DNA of 64,000 nucleotides. It comes from Botryllus schlosseri. Its lineage: Eukaryota. The stretch spans positions 35,712,001 to 35,776,000 of the forward strand of contig CM119371.1 in NCBI GenBank assembly GCA_051294905.1, in the 5' to 3' direction. The translations under genes were made by a program, and so were the position numbers. Positions 15,401-29,095 of the stretch are shown here, one piece after another; position 1 is the stretch's first letter; each line of letters starts with the position of its first letter. Below the pieces are notes generated by a model. The model saw only the letters and a program-made list of their open reading frames with translations, was not told the origin of the DNA and searched no databases.

Positions 15401-16071
15401 CATGACCAAGATTCCTTATCTTCCAGCGTTTGCTGTTGTCTGACCATCCAGTTATGGTAAACTCATTCTCAGATACCGGACATTGCTGTGAGTCGCTTCG
15501 GTACGGCAGATGTTTTTCGTGACTGGGGTTGAAGCACTTGCCTAAAGGAGAAGCGCGTAAATACGTTAGTATGGGGCCGGTGACTTGTTTGATATATAGT
15601 CTTCGTTCTGCCGTAGCTCACATATCCTCACAGAACATACTGAGTATATGATTTACGATAGTGAACTGGGTATTGGTTAGGTACTGAGGTAATTCAAGCT
15701 AGAATGATGCTTCCATTCAGCTTCACAAATACTTGGTGACTTACAACACGGGGTCAGTATTTGCCAAATGGCATTTGTAAGACATAGCATTCGCAGTTAG
15801 GTCTTACCTGAAATCGAAAATAACGTTTATGCCTAATATATATGTGCAACGTTTGACTATAATAAGGTCAATCAATTTACCATAAAAAGGTATAAAACTA
15901 TCCTAGGTATTTGTAAAACGTCTATCATATCGATGCCATCTCTACATTATTTATCAATTCGTATGATTCGAGTTGCCTCTAGAAGGCTCGTTGAGCCGAT
16001 TTCAATGAACTATGCCTTTAGATATTTATAGCTAGACGATTGGCACGGCTAGCAAATACCTTGCAACTTAC

Positions 16072-16227
16072 GTTCGATCTGACATAAATGAATGGTCTCG
16101 CGGCTCGACGCGGCGGTCGCGCACGGCCCTCGGGTTTTCGTTTCCAGGAAGGAGCGCGTAATCTTGTGCGACACCTCGGTAGGACTGCCGACTCCCCATT
16201 GCTGGCATCTTGCCTCAAAGTCTTCAT
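16072..16227 (-). CDS. Candidate isolated host exon, 156 nt, product unknown
   Basis: Strong acceptor (TTTCCTTTCTTCGTTTAAG) and donor (GTAAGT); GC-rich relative to flanks; open in the phase 1-1 frame (EDFEARCQQWGVGSPTEVSHKITRSFLETKTRGPC...). No partner exons identified. Confidence 0.4.
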
Positions 16228-19200
16228 CTTAAACGAAGAAAGGAAATAAGGATTAGAATTGTAGAACCGTTGGACCATTGATTCTTAGTCAGGTTAAAAC
16301 TGAAAGTGTATAAGCCTGAAAAGTTTTTTTGTTCTATTCAGTCATAGGGTAGTAATATGCTAACTAAACCAGTGTTGAAACGCGGACCTTTTCCGTGTTG
16401 AAACCGAACCATAACTGTCTCAGTATAGGCCTGTACCTCGTAATTTAGAAAAAGCTGCGATTCATCATTTACAAGCATGGACTTTATAAAGCATAGATTT
16501 CGGATCTGAAGGACAAGTTAAAACATACACCATTGCCTTTGACTCACGTTCACCCCTTTACAACCAAGATTTATTGAGCTATCTATTTGTCAAATTCTGT
16601 CATATAGTTGTAAAATATTAATGCCTCAATGTCAATGATATCGTATCCACGTATTGTACCCATCGTCAATGCAACCACGCGGTATCATTCACCCGACAGC
16701 TTATGAGCTCGAGTCAAGATATTCCATTGCCACCCTGAAATATGTGTTTGTTCTACCGCGTTAGAAAGCGGAACTTGACACCGCATGAGACGCATTAGAA
16801 GAATTTGAAACCTGCGTCGCAACGACAGTCAATTATCCGTCGCCCGAATTAATGAAAAACAAGCATGCGGTGTTTCTATACTAAAATGACTAACGCTTGG
16901 TTTCCTACCAACGCGACAAGACCTGTTTATTTGTCTTGCGATAGATTGCATACTCCGCCGTCCCTGCCGACACATCAGTACCGCTATCCGGCTTGATAAT
17001 CAAGATATCGGCCGTGTTGAAGCGATTCTGTTTCAGCTCGGTTCTGCAAGAGCATTTTCGACATCTAAGTAATTGTGTCCCGTGCTTGCTAATAACGAGT
17101 ATGATATACAGATTCGTTTTGTACAACTATTTTCAAACTTCTGATTCTGAATAGATAATTGTAGAACTCAGCCACTATGATTGACGAAATGTTCTGATGT
17201 GCTTTCAATTGAGAAGATTCTGTTTTCATGAATTTAAGTTTAACGCAATTGGTCCCTAATCCGATACATGCAAACCTATCTTCTCGCCGCAATGTACCAT
17301 CGCGAACAACTATCCGATTATGTCGGTTATATGTTGTTTGTATTTGGCATAATATGTTTCGCATGTAACTCGCTATAAATATAACAGACATCAACATAAG
17401 GTTCCCGGAAAGGTATATACATTCTGGAAGCGTATGCAATAGTAAATGCAGATCTTTCAACCCAAGTTTGTTTAGCCCATATGATTGTATTCATATAGAA
17501 ACTGCGTACTGTTGTATCATTCGTGAAATATGCATACATATTTTTACACAAAATGTCTCTAATTCAAATGCGTTGTTTTGACTATTCATCCTAAGGAAAA
17601 GTACCATTTACAAAGTATTTTCCCGATTACAATACACAGGGTCAGGGAAGAGATCGACAGTCATTTGCTGTCCTAGAGTGTGCCACTTAATATTTCCCCG
17701 TCTCCCGAAAATTAACCCGTTTGGTTACGGCGTAGCTAAATTAGGTATTTTATCGCTACCATCTATACCGCCGTACTATGTCGAGAATTCACGACCTCAA
17801 GGTCGCTTTCCCGATAACAAATCGAGTAACCCGGCGGAAAATCTTCCGACAGTTAGCAGCCGCAACACAATCATCCCTTTGGGTTGGTAGGCGCAGTGAG
17901 TTATCAACAAATACGAGGCAAAATTCACCTCAGCTAGTAAATATATCTAGACGTTATCGATAAGCATGCACTGTTTTCAACTCAGTTGTATTACGAGGTC
18001 ATGGTCAGCCTAAATGTATAGTTTTCTCTCTGGTTTCAGCTTCCTGTCTTGCGCAATATCGTGGTCTTCTCAATCACGAAAATAATTTATGAATGTAGCA
18101 AGAATTAATGTATGAAGGGAGGTTCGAGTTTTAGATGTAACATTCATGGCATCACGCATAACAGAATCATTCCCCGCAAATACCCCAGCCATAATCGCTA
18201 ACATTGACGTTGCCGGCGGTCTAATCCTGCCCACGGTGTCACAGAAAAATGTGAATCATCCCGACTAACGCGCACTGAGGAAGTTGACGCACCTGGCCCG
18301 CGCGACCATGCCTAACACAAATGTCAATAAAGTTTTATTTAGAAATGCGTGAAATCGGTGATGGGAGCCTCGGTTTGTCAATCACGTTGAAATTCGTGAA
18401 CATGCTAAGATGGCGAAAATTCTCTGGCAAATATAGACTGCGGATTTTCGGTAACAAGCAATAAGAAATGGAGCGCGTGTGTGTGTCAGTTTTTCGTTGC
18501 TATATAATGTATTCGGTGCTTTTTTCCACGCAAGCATAAAGACAGGTGATATGTTTTTCTTGATTTAATCATTGATTAGGGGCATGACAGTCAAAGCTTC
18601 AACACCGCTGATTTTGTGACGAAAATCGACGACTTTTAGAGACACAATTTTCACTATTTGAAGGCGCTATGCCTATTTACAAGTCCCCGCGTTGACGACA
18701 ACAAAGTTCCAATTCTCACTAAATTAAATTCGTTAAAAATGACTAATTTTCCTTTCAAATTTCATATGGCGTGGCATAAAAGGCTTTAGGAAAAACATGT
18801 GATTCAATGGAATAACTCTGAAATCAATTTCATGTCCAGGTTGCCATTATAAACGAACACCGAACGAATTTTAATCTGCGTCGCCCGTCACCGGAAACAT
18901 ATTTGGATTCCGCGCGCGCACGTGCGATGGCGAATCTATTTCACTTAGATGTGGTCCGGTGTCATAACACTTTTGAGATGACTGTGTAGACGCGATATTA
19001 CCATTAAATGTGTTTTCGTCGTATACTATTACAATAATCCAATCCCGAATCGGTTATCTGCCAACTGGTCGTACACGCCGTGACATTGGAGCCGATTTGA
19101 GTCAGAAGTTTATAATATATTACAATATATATTTATTATATCCAACCAAATCGCATTGCTGTATGTTACCGACCGTATTTGGAAATTCATGACACCTTAA

Positions 19201-22200
19201 TTCATTAATATCAGTGTTATACGAAATTCCAGATGTCTTTGGAGAACCGAGTAGTAACATGAGTTGACGTGGAAAGTATATGTTCTCATTCTGTTTCGGT
19301 ATAATTGATTTGTCGATCTCATAAATAACGACGCTTCTAATATTTCAGTCATTCGTTATTCAATCAAAACTCATTCGTGATTGACAGTAGAGTTTGACTT
19401 GGATTACAATTTAATTTCCATACCTCTGGATGAATTGCCGTCCATATAGCAACTGGACAACCAACATGTTTGAACTCGAAATTGCGTTCAAATAACAGTA
19501 CTCACTGTGAACGAGAGATCAACGAGCACCTGGCAATCCCCATATCACTTGCAGTGTCGCTTGGACGTACGTTCAACGTCCAATAATTTAGTTTACACGT
19601 CCCATCATCAAATGCTGCATACGTGAATGTAATATAGCGGATATTGTCGTCAAGACTAAACTAATTAACAAATTCAACGATGCTGGATATAGCTTTAGTG
19701 ATTTCTGAATGTCCACCTATCTAAGGCTCCTTCTCGCCATCTCATCCGAGTAAGCGGTGTCTTACAAAAGTCTAGAACGAGAGTGGTCCGTGTTAAAAGT
19801 GGGTAGATTAGGTAGCGTAATAAAGAATATCGGTCTGGTGTATAAAATGACCAATCTAGTCGACACACCATGAACATTTTAAACAACAACAGCGTACGAG
19901 ACGCATAAACTTATTGATGATTAATTTCCGCGACTCGCCACAGCAGTAATGTAAACGGGCCCTTGATTCGCCGGTCTCCATTTGTATACATCGGTAATCA
20001 CCGTAAAGATAATATCTATCTTAACGTTGTGGTTGTTTTTTACGGAATGTGAAATAGTGCGGCGAGCGTGCCACCGCAAAGTACGCGGCGATGGTTACAG
20101 AGCGAACCAGCCGTGTTCAAACAGGGTCTAACCGCAGGCACCCGATGTCTGCAGCGTTCGCCAATTATTTCATTTGAAATGCCTGTAGGTTAAGCGGCAA
20201 AGTTCGCTAATGCAGACTCGATATTGCCGGAAGATTGCGATTTATTATTTCAGAGTCAGCCCTACAACGATCGCGAATGCCATGCGATCCCGCGGGGCTT
20301 TGAAATTACGGCTAATGAGGTGTTTTGTCGGGTCATTAGATACTTGACAAACCACATGCAAGGCAGCTAGCGCTGTCATTGATTGTCACATTCCCTCCAA
20401 ACTGATTGAGTCACCATTTCCACGTACTTCGGCATGAATTTGACAGTTGCCCACCGCCCAGAGTACAAGACTGCACAAAACTGAATTACTAACTACGAAA
20501 CTAGTTCCGTCGTTTCAGCCGGATCATTTCGTTATTTTCGATTTGCTCTTTGCGCCAAAATGGTTAGCTTTTACTGGCTACCTGCTTCGTAATTTGGTAA
20601 ATTCAGACTTAAGAGATTTTTTCGAATACAGAACTACACAAAATTGAGCAATTATCTTCGCGATAAAGGGCTGACGGCCACTATGTAGTGTGCAGGTTTG
20701 AAAACACATTTTCCGCTATAAACTCTACCGCTTATATGCAGCATATGTAATACGGGCAGTGGCGTAAATAGCTCAATTACCGTCATTTCTGATTACTATC
20801 GGGGAGGCCGGAACAGTGACTACCATTTCGTAATTGGGCAATCAGGGAAATGTGATTTTGTTGTTGCTGCGGTGCCAATTTGCGCATTCATAGCTCCTAT
20901 GTGCGATTGAAGCTTTAGTATTACAGATATAATGACTCACTAGTGGGGGGGGGGTTACTTTTCAGCAATGTTAGCATGCTCAATTTCTTATATCAGAAAG
21001 TGCATGCATTTGATTTCTCGTATTGTAAAATACAGACGATTTCGATTCAATCGCATGGCGCGTTATCACATATTGTAAACTGGCCTTGATCTGTCAATGA
21101 ATACCGTGATGTGGCTCATTTGAGCAAAAGCGAAGTGATTATACGCTTGATTACTCAATAATATCCATTGTTCGTCGACATGAGTGCTGAGGATTCTTGC
21201 TCTCTTACGCACACTGTCTTGATAGGTTACGTAAAATATTGCGTCGCATCAATGCATGTAGATGAGTGATATTTCATTTCGTACATTGACGGTAATGACA
21301 TGTGAACGACACTGTATTGAAAAGTGTCACCCGAATTGTTATTACGAGCAAGGGACTTTGACATACATTGTTTGAGCAATGTCTATTGCATTATTGTCCA
21401 TCTAGTATAGTTTATTTTGCAGTGTATCCAACGTTCGACTCGATGGATTATTGCAAAATTATTGTGTTGTGAGATTGTCTTACTTGGTTTGTCGTGCGAT
21501 ATTGACTCTGACCGTCTGCTATGCTCGGCAGGATGAAAGGTAATACCTTGACGCATTGAAATTACAATCTACAAAGGCAGCCGCTTTATCCCCGGATAGA
21601 CTATTTTCATATCTATTCGCAATTTCTTACGGCAAATGACTCGCATGAAAATGGTAAACCTCTCTGTAAACCATGAGCTAACATTAATATTGATGATTAC
21701 TTGTTGCATATTGTGTTGGTCACCAAATATGCATTCTAATAACGCCAGTAGAGCGCTGCGCTCGCAGCGTAATATTAGATATCCCACTTACAGCATTATC
21801 TCACTGTATGATAGGAATAATTCGATGATACGATACGCCCTCTATGCATAAACTCCAAAGTGGGATGGAAGCTTTACATAGCGCTCTTGTATTGTAGCTA
21901 CAAATTTTTGAACTCCCGGCGCACTTGAATGCAACTTACACAGATCTAAGTTTATAGATAAACAAAGCGAAAATGATATTGTAAGAACTACAATTTTGTG
22001 TTGAATTTTGAATGAATATACCGGATGACCTGTGACTTATTATTTAGCAATTGCTGTGTTGAACACCGTTATTGTGATGATTACTATAGCGCATAGCGCT
22101 AATTTGAGGATTTTCGCTTGCATTTAGACTTATAGAAGTACACAGATGCCATTCTCCAACACATGCGAACGGTTTAACATCATCACTATTGTTGTTTGGA

Positions 22201-25200
22201 AGAAACTTACCAAGTTTCAAACGATGCTGTAGAAAGTGCGATAATATTCGTTATTGGTCAATTGAGAACGGAGATATGCCATCCCGAATGTTACCAGCGT
22301 ACCTCCCACATAGAATAAATGTCACCAAAGTACAATTTGCGTTCCTGCGGGTGTTGTATTTATGTATGCGGACAGCAATCTTTTTGCAATTTTCGAGTCG
22401 GGATTCTGAATTTTTTAGAAATTTGGTAGCAATCACGTGCGTCACACTGGCCTGTCACTGGAAATAGTAATAAGGAAGAAATCGCGATGTGTTCGGCGAC
22501 TTTTGATGATAAAATCTACGCTGAATCAATCGGTCGGGATCTTTCGTGTTAGATTGCGTTGCAGTACGGGGCAAAGATGTGATACTGGCCGCTGAGACTG
22601 TTATTCGAACGAAAATTCCCTGCATTTGGCACCAACACCCCTAACTTTAACCCTCTGCTATTATCTAGCGCGGTGAACGATGTACGATCAGTCAAGCGTG
22701 GCTGATTTGTCACGCATGACTAGACCAACAGACCAACCACGCAATAAACCAACTACGCAATAAAACCGGTACGGTACTACTCTGATCGTGTTGGCCTGGT
22801 TGGAATTTCGCGTGTTGTTTCGGACTTGGCAATTAGCGGTTTGCTAACTGAACACCTCATGATACAGCTATCTCAGTAGCAAGTAAAACAAAATAAACGA
22901 TCATAGTAAATGCATGCTGGTGCATGCTGCGTAATTATAGATTTCTAGTGCAAGTTAGTCACATGTACGACAGGGTGTGAATTAAGCTCCTTCCCCTGTC
23001 AAATACGAAATCCCGCATTTTGCTAACGTCAGCGACGGGATCGCAACGTCATGCAATTGTTTAAAAGATGATTGCAATGGTATCGCTTCCTAAAACATAA
23101 ATTTCATTGCCCTATCGAGTATTCATCTTCGGTACTCCTGGTAAAATGATCACATCTACTCATTCATGCGTAAATTTGGCTCAATGTTCACCGATTTATG
23201 ACCATGAAACGTTTACAGGTTCTCGGCGGCCAGAGGTATTACAAAGCCCTTCCCCTGCATGCACATCACCCCGAATGTAAGATTTAAAACCATGTCACCA
23301 ATTTTTGTGCAGAGCAGTTGATCGCATACGACCCGCGGAAAGTGAAAGCGTTATGTGAAAGCACTTCGCAAAAATACTTCACAGCAGATCAAAACCCACC
23401 AGGGCTCAATTAAATGTTCCTGTCCCTGACGGATCATAAATAACCAAGGGCATAACCGCAAACGTACTGGCGCAACTATTTGTTTACGTGACTGTCATCA
23501 CCATCAATGACTGTCAACATCGAGTATGATATCCGATATCAAAATATGTATTGTCTCAATACCTATAATACCGATCATGTCGTCGGTCTTTTCAGTACGA
23601 ATCTTTGAAATGATTCGTCCCGATAACGAAATTAATCATTTCCTGCAGTCTCGACCCGAAATGCCGCACGTTGCGAAATTCTAGCGTTGAATCAATGCGG
23701 TTTGACGAACGCCGTTATAATTATATCCAACAATAACTTATGGCTTATCGTCTTCCAGGCGCCCGACTTTAAAAACATGAAAACTTGCAATCTAGATTTA
23801 ATTTGTAGCAACAGCACCGTGTCCCGTTAGTAACGCGTGCGATATGCCGAGAGAATTGTTTTGCAGAATCGAAAACAACAGTTTCAACTGATTTTCCGCT
23901 TTGCTAGTTTGCCGCGATGGTTTAGATTTTTTGTATCAAAACACTATTGCTTGTCGGCGTAAACTTAACGGATTCGTCGTATAACGCTTACAAATCAAAG
24001 TCATTATAATCTCCGGTACTTTGCGGCTGATTTAAAGATTGCAACAGAGCGACAAAGGAATAGTTTTGCAATGGTAGTTTCATCCGTGCCGATAGCGATG
24101 CTACTTCGCGTTGTCACATATTTGCCGGTTTTACACGACTTCCTAGGCGATCTTACGTGTCCATTTGGATATGCTGTATACAGCTGAGAAATAGCGTTGA
24201 ATTATTTGAATCCATCGTAAAGAACAGGACAAGCATGCATATTTTCTACCTGCAATTTCTTAAAATACCCAGCTCTCTAGATACCAGAACCGTCTCTGGT
24301 ACGGCTGCTCAATCGTATCTATTCTACGAGTATAGTGATCTACGCATTCACAGACTGTACCCAAACAAACCGGGTGTTGGTAGAATTCAGCCATCATGTG
24401 GAGAAGCTATTTACACCCGGCAGTGAAACGCTATGTCATTAATTAGTAGCCGCAGTATTTCAAATAGATTTCAAAAAGAGTCTCGTCAATTTTCTTGAAA
24501 TTTAGAACAGTCGGAATGCAAAATATTGCAAATGCCCATGCGGCACGCATGTCTAGTTAGGAGCCATCATGGATGCCTAATCATATACAACTAAGTCTAT
24601 CAAATCTATCTGTCTTCAAACCAGACTATATAAACTCCAAATCTTTCAGAATCGCTTCATCATTACAATCTGGCATTTTTCCGCTACTGAAACCATTGGA
24701 ACTTTCGCCCCGATGTTACCGATGAGTATTCCATAATTCGCCCGTTAGCCGAATCAAGTCTCCCGTAAGCCGCACCACGCGCCGCCGTGATCTCATTCGG
24801 ATTAGGAAGCAAAGGCAAAACAAACACTAACCGGTTACAAAGTTCCATTCTTGGCACGGGTGGGAACACGCCACTTTCAATAGTAATATCCCGAACAGAG
24901 TCTTTGTGAGCTGCACGCAGATATCCATTTTTCCTTCGCGATAATCCAAGTGTGATAGTCCTAATGACCCTTCGCTACGTTTCTGAAAGCAGAATTTTTC
25001 ACGCACAAACATAAATATGCATCGAATATTTGAGGTATGGAAAAAAATGCCTACGGCCGTATACTTCCTCGACAGCGCCATCCACGTCGGTGTGGTGACT
25101 GCCCGATTGTTGCCGTACAATGTCTCGGCTCAATGTCGCTTTATTCGACGTCAAATAAGGAGACTTAAGATCGATATAGAAACGGATTATCCGGTGCAAT

Positions 25201-26199
25201 CGTAGTCTTGAATGAAACCTAGGATTGTGGCGTAATTAACGGCACATTTTGCAAGAGAAAACACCATCGCACTAGGCTTTTCCTTAATCAATGGTTCTAA
25301 GCCTGATTGATACCAGCATGCATCAACTCTGGTTCTAAATAAACGAACGTGATTCTTGTTACATTTCTTTCTTTTTTGGATTTGTTATGATTTCCAGTTT
25401 TGGCCATTCGGTAACACCAAATCTAATTTGATTTGGAAAAGCTGAAAATATTCTAGTTCCCCAACTCTGCTCCAAGCTCATTTTGCGACTGGTCCATAAT
25501 ACAATATATCCTACATATATACACATTAGTAGGCCTACACCGTATATATAGATATACATGCCCATATCGAATAACACGCGCGAGCGAGATTTAGATGGAA
25601 ATTTCTATTTTTGATCACGTTTTGCCAACGCCGTCGTTACGCGTGCGTCGCACAACGCTACTTGTGCATCGATTTACGTTTTCCATGATTATTATTGACG
25701 CACGGCAGTTGTGATTGTTATACGCTCGATAATATTAGCTCCGGTGTAGATTACAGTCCTACTTTAGTCATTTACTGTGTGGGACATATCAAATCAAAGT
25801 ATGATCGATTTGAAGCATGGTTTGCGTCTCTATTTCGAGAAAGATCGTTTCGCATTCGCCTTCCGATATTACATATCACGGTATGCTCGTTCGTAGGGTC
25901 GTTAGACAGTCGAAAACCAACTGGTAATTGCGTATTGTCTGAAAAAGTCACCTTTGTAAAGGTCTCGTTGCGGTAACATACTGAATTTATATGCCGATGC
26001 TGATATCTGAAATATTAGACAAACTAGGTATGAAATACCGGTATTGATCAATGGAATTCCCGTGTTATTCGTTACTAAGGACTGGCAAAATGATTTGAGT
26101 ACTTACATCTTAATAAAGTACTAATTCAGTTGAACCGAGGCGATTCGTGAGAGATGATTTTTCGGAATACCGACATTACGCGCTTCTACTCACAAATCG

Positions 26200-26460
26200 A
26201 GTGGCGCAGTTGGTGAAACCAGCGTCACTACACCAATTGAAGTTGTTTTAAATCCCGGTTCTGACCAACTTCAACGTGTCAGAGGTTTATCCGGACTCCT
26301 CGTCTCCGACCTCACTGCAACGGTAGTACATTGAAAAGCCCGGACGTGAAAAGTGAGCCTAGCTTACATGTCGGCAGCAACGACAACGATCGGGACGTAT
26401 GGTGGTGAGAGCGACTGAAGAATGACTACGAGAGAGGCTGAAAGAAATCCCGATAATACA
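26200..26460 (+). pseudogene. Decayed LINE (CR1/L2-like) ORF1 SGNH-esterase remnant
   Basis: Translation gives AVGETSV...RVRGLSGLLVSDL and, after stops and a frameshift, SLHVGSND...ERLKNDYER. These resemble the GDS, PGAxVxD and HVGTND blocks of CR1/L2 ORF1 esterases. Confidence 0.35.
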
Positions 26461-27657
26461 AGAAATCGAAGATTAATGAACATTATGAAATTTATGTGGT
26501 GAAACACTAGGCCTAAAAAGGCGATAAGATCCACTGTGGGAGCAGGCCATCAGTACAATACAATATACAAAGACGTAATTTGTCAACGAGAATTTTAGTT
26601 TCAATACTATTTTTCACAGTGGAAGGCCGTAAACCCCACTTGGTCGCACCGCAGACTAAGAAACATGTAATACAAAGCTACCACATTAGTGGAAATGACA
26701 AATTTGTGAAGTCGCGATCAACCCACAGCATTGCTACAAAGGGAAATGAAATAGGTATGTGGTGGAAAATATACGTGGCATTATAGCCCTATTTGTAACC
26801 CAGACATTTACCTGTTCGATTAAGACCGCAATTTCAGCAATCTCGGCCGTGATCAAATCAATATCGTATGCCTCACTTCAATACTGTAAATGATTGCATC
26901 CCAAGACTGCCTATGCAAATTTACCGTTAATTTCCGAAACATTCTGAAGAGCTTCAACCCACCACGACCGCGTTTGCAATCTTATGACTCGTCTATGTGA
27001 AAATTACAAACGAGCGTCAGGTCCTAATTCCGGAAATTATTAAAGCACGCGCACTTTAGCGACACGTGAGCGCATCACCCGTTAGTGGTCGTGATGTCAC
27101 CGATTAACTTTTGCTTAGTAATACTGAACACACGTTCTGGTATTTCATGCGTTTCTGCCGAGTAATGCAAACCTTATTGCACAGGTGTATGCAGATAAGG
27201 CGTGACATTATTAGTACTTATGCAACACACATGATGATTATTGCTTTACGTCCGATAGACGTGATGCATGTGATACTAATGGAACTTATGACTTTGAAGA
27301 GAATATATTTAGGAATAAATCGTATGTCCTGCTCAATTTCCCGTAAATAAAGCTCGTGCTACCTTGGAAATCACAAATCATTCATTCACCAACAATTCAG
27401 CATTCTCGTAAACTGCCGAAACAGCTATGTTGAGGCATTAGCCTGCTATACTGTAATCAGCTCTCTCTTATGCATGTTATACCACGAAGTAACTAAAAGC
27501 ATACGTGACACCGATCATTGCATTCTCGTCCAAGTATACCTTTTGAGTAGGCCCGGTTATTGTCAATTTTCGCCCAAAACGGAAGTGCGTTCGTAAGACT
27601 GGAATGCGGACGACTCACTTCATCGTAAGTATTGTGTCTTCATAAAGTCATCCAAAT

Positions 27658-28212
27658 ATGGTTATGCCGGTTATTCCACCGCAGACGCACGATCCTATCT
27701 TATCGACGAATGAAACTTTATTATGTGTAACACAAATATGTTATTGTCAGGAATATAATCGCTTCGTATATTCGGAATGCAAAACATGTCTGGAATTGAA
27801 TCTGTCCATGGTTATTTTTAATACTAGGAAAATCGAGTACCTCGGCGATTCAAATCCGAATCAGGTATTAAACTTCGTGTCTAGTACTCCACCACTCATA
27901 TTACGACGATATAACAACAATAAAGACTTAAAAAGTACAAACATATATTTTTGTAGTTACAAAGACCACGACCATGAAAATAATTTCCCGTTTTTTGACC
28001 AGGACTATTTCGTAACGCTTTTGAGCATTGTGCAAGTATATCACTTCTTGACAGAAATTGTTTATCAGCGTAACATACTACTAGATGTTGTGACTTGGGA
28101 TACAGCTAGCCGAAGTTTCGAGGTACCGACGGTTGAAATAAAGCATAACGTATGTTTTCGTTACTCGGAAAAGTGTATCAGCTATATTTTTTCGTTGTTA
28201 AAATATTGCTAA
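27658..28212 (+). CDS. Orphan 184-aa ORF, possibly non-coding
   Basis: Longest ATG-initiated ORF in the first 42 kb; no motif recognised. Confidence 0.2.
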   Translation: MVMPVIPPQTHDPILSTNETLLCVTQICYCQEYNRFVYSECKTCLELNLSMVIFNTRKIEYLGDSNPNQVLNFVSSTPPLILRRYNNNKDLKSTNIYFCSYKDHDHENNFPFFDQDYFVTLLSIVQVYHFLTEIVYQRNILLDVVTWDTASRSFEVPTVEIKHNVCFRYSEKCISYIFSLLKYC

Positions 28213-28984
28213 TGGTGTGAAAGCGTATATTTCCGTTACTTAACTCACACTACTCGGTTCGATTACTCAGAATTGATACTCGACTGTTATTCAAGTACCG
28301 AAATCGTTTTTTCCATCCCTACATAATGCACATCAGATTCGATGTAAGTTGCATAGATGATTTTGAACACCCTAATCTGCTTTTTATCTGCATGAATCCT
28401 AATTAACTGCCTGCATCAAGTCCAAGGCATATGGAAGGACATTTGACGTGGGAAGCAGGCTTTTCACCGCAGTATGTACGTCTCGTTGCACAGCTTAGAA
28501 GAACGCGTGCGACTTTTGACTGGTAATAAAATCCACTGTCGCGTCGCCACAGCGACCTCGCGTCGCAGTAATCTAACCTTTTTCGCATACATTTCCAAAT
28601 GCTATAAGCCAGACCACGAACTCTTCGCGAATGCCTAAATGTCCGAGGCTGCGCCGGTTTTATCTTCAATCGTACTGCAGATTTTTTTTTCTATTACAGA
28701 AACGCTCAGTGTGATGTAAGTCCTCGTCGCATTACCTGTCCACGATTATAGTTTGTAGTCGATAACGTATATCTGGTATGCTCACAATGACACACAACGA
28801 AGTTAATACCATATCTGGTAGAGTGGCTCGCATATTTGACAGCTCTATACGTAATGACGCAGGGTGGTAAAATACCGCTCCGTTGATTAAGCGAAAGAGA
28901 ATCTTTAAAAGGAGAATCTTCATTAACCAGAATACCGTAGTTGGGCAATACACGAAACACAATTTGAATGAGGAGGATAATTCA

Positions 28985-29095
28985 GTGGTACTGACAGGGT
29001 GGCCTGACATGCGTATCTTCAAGCCAGGAACACCCTTGAAACTTTGGCAATATCAAGATGAATTAGGCAGCCTACAGGACCTAGGTCTCTTGGAG
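28985..29095 (+). pseudogene. Gypsy-like LTR retrotransposon pol remnant (RNaseH-integrase linker)
   Basis: VLTGWPD...LKLWQYQDELGSLQDLGLL resembles the GWP...YW..RDEL...DGLL pattern of Gypsy pol; short and isolated. Confidence 0.35.

Noticed and set aside
26199-26258. A-box-like TGGCGCAGTTGGT suggesting a tRNA or SINE head
   Set aside because: No cloverleaf and only a degenerate B box; the same bases fit the LINE ORF1 esterase reading at least as well.
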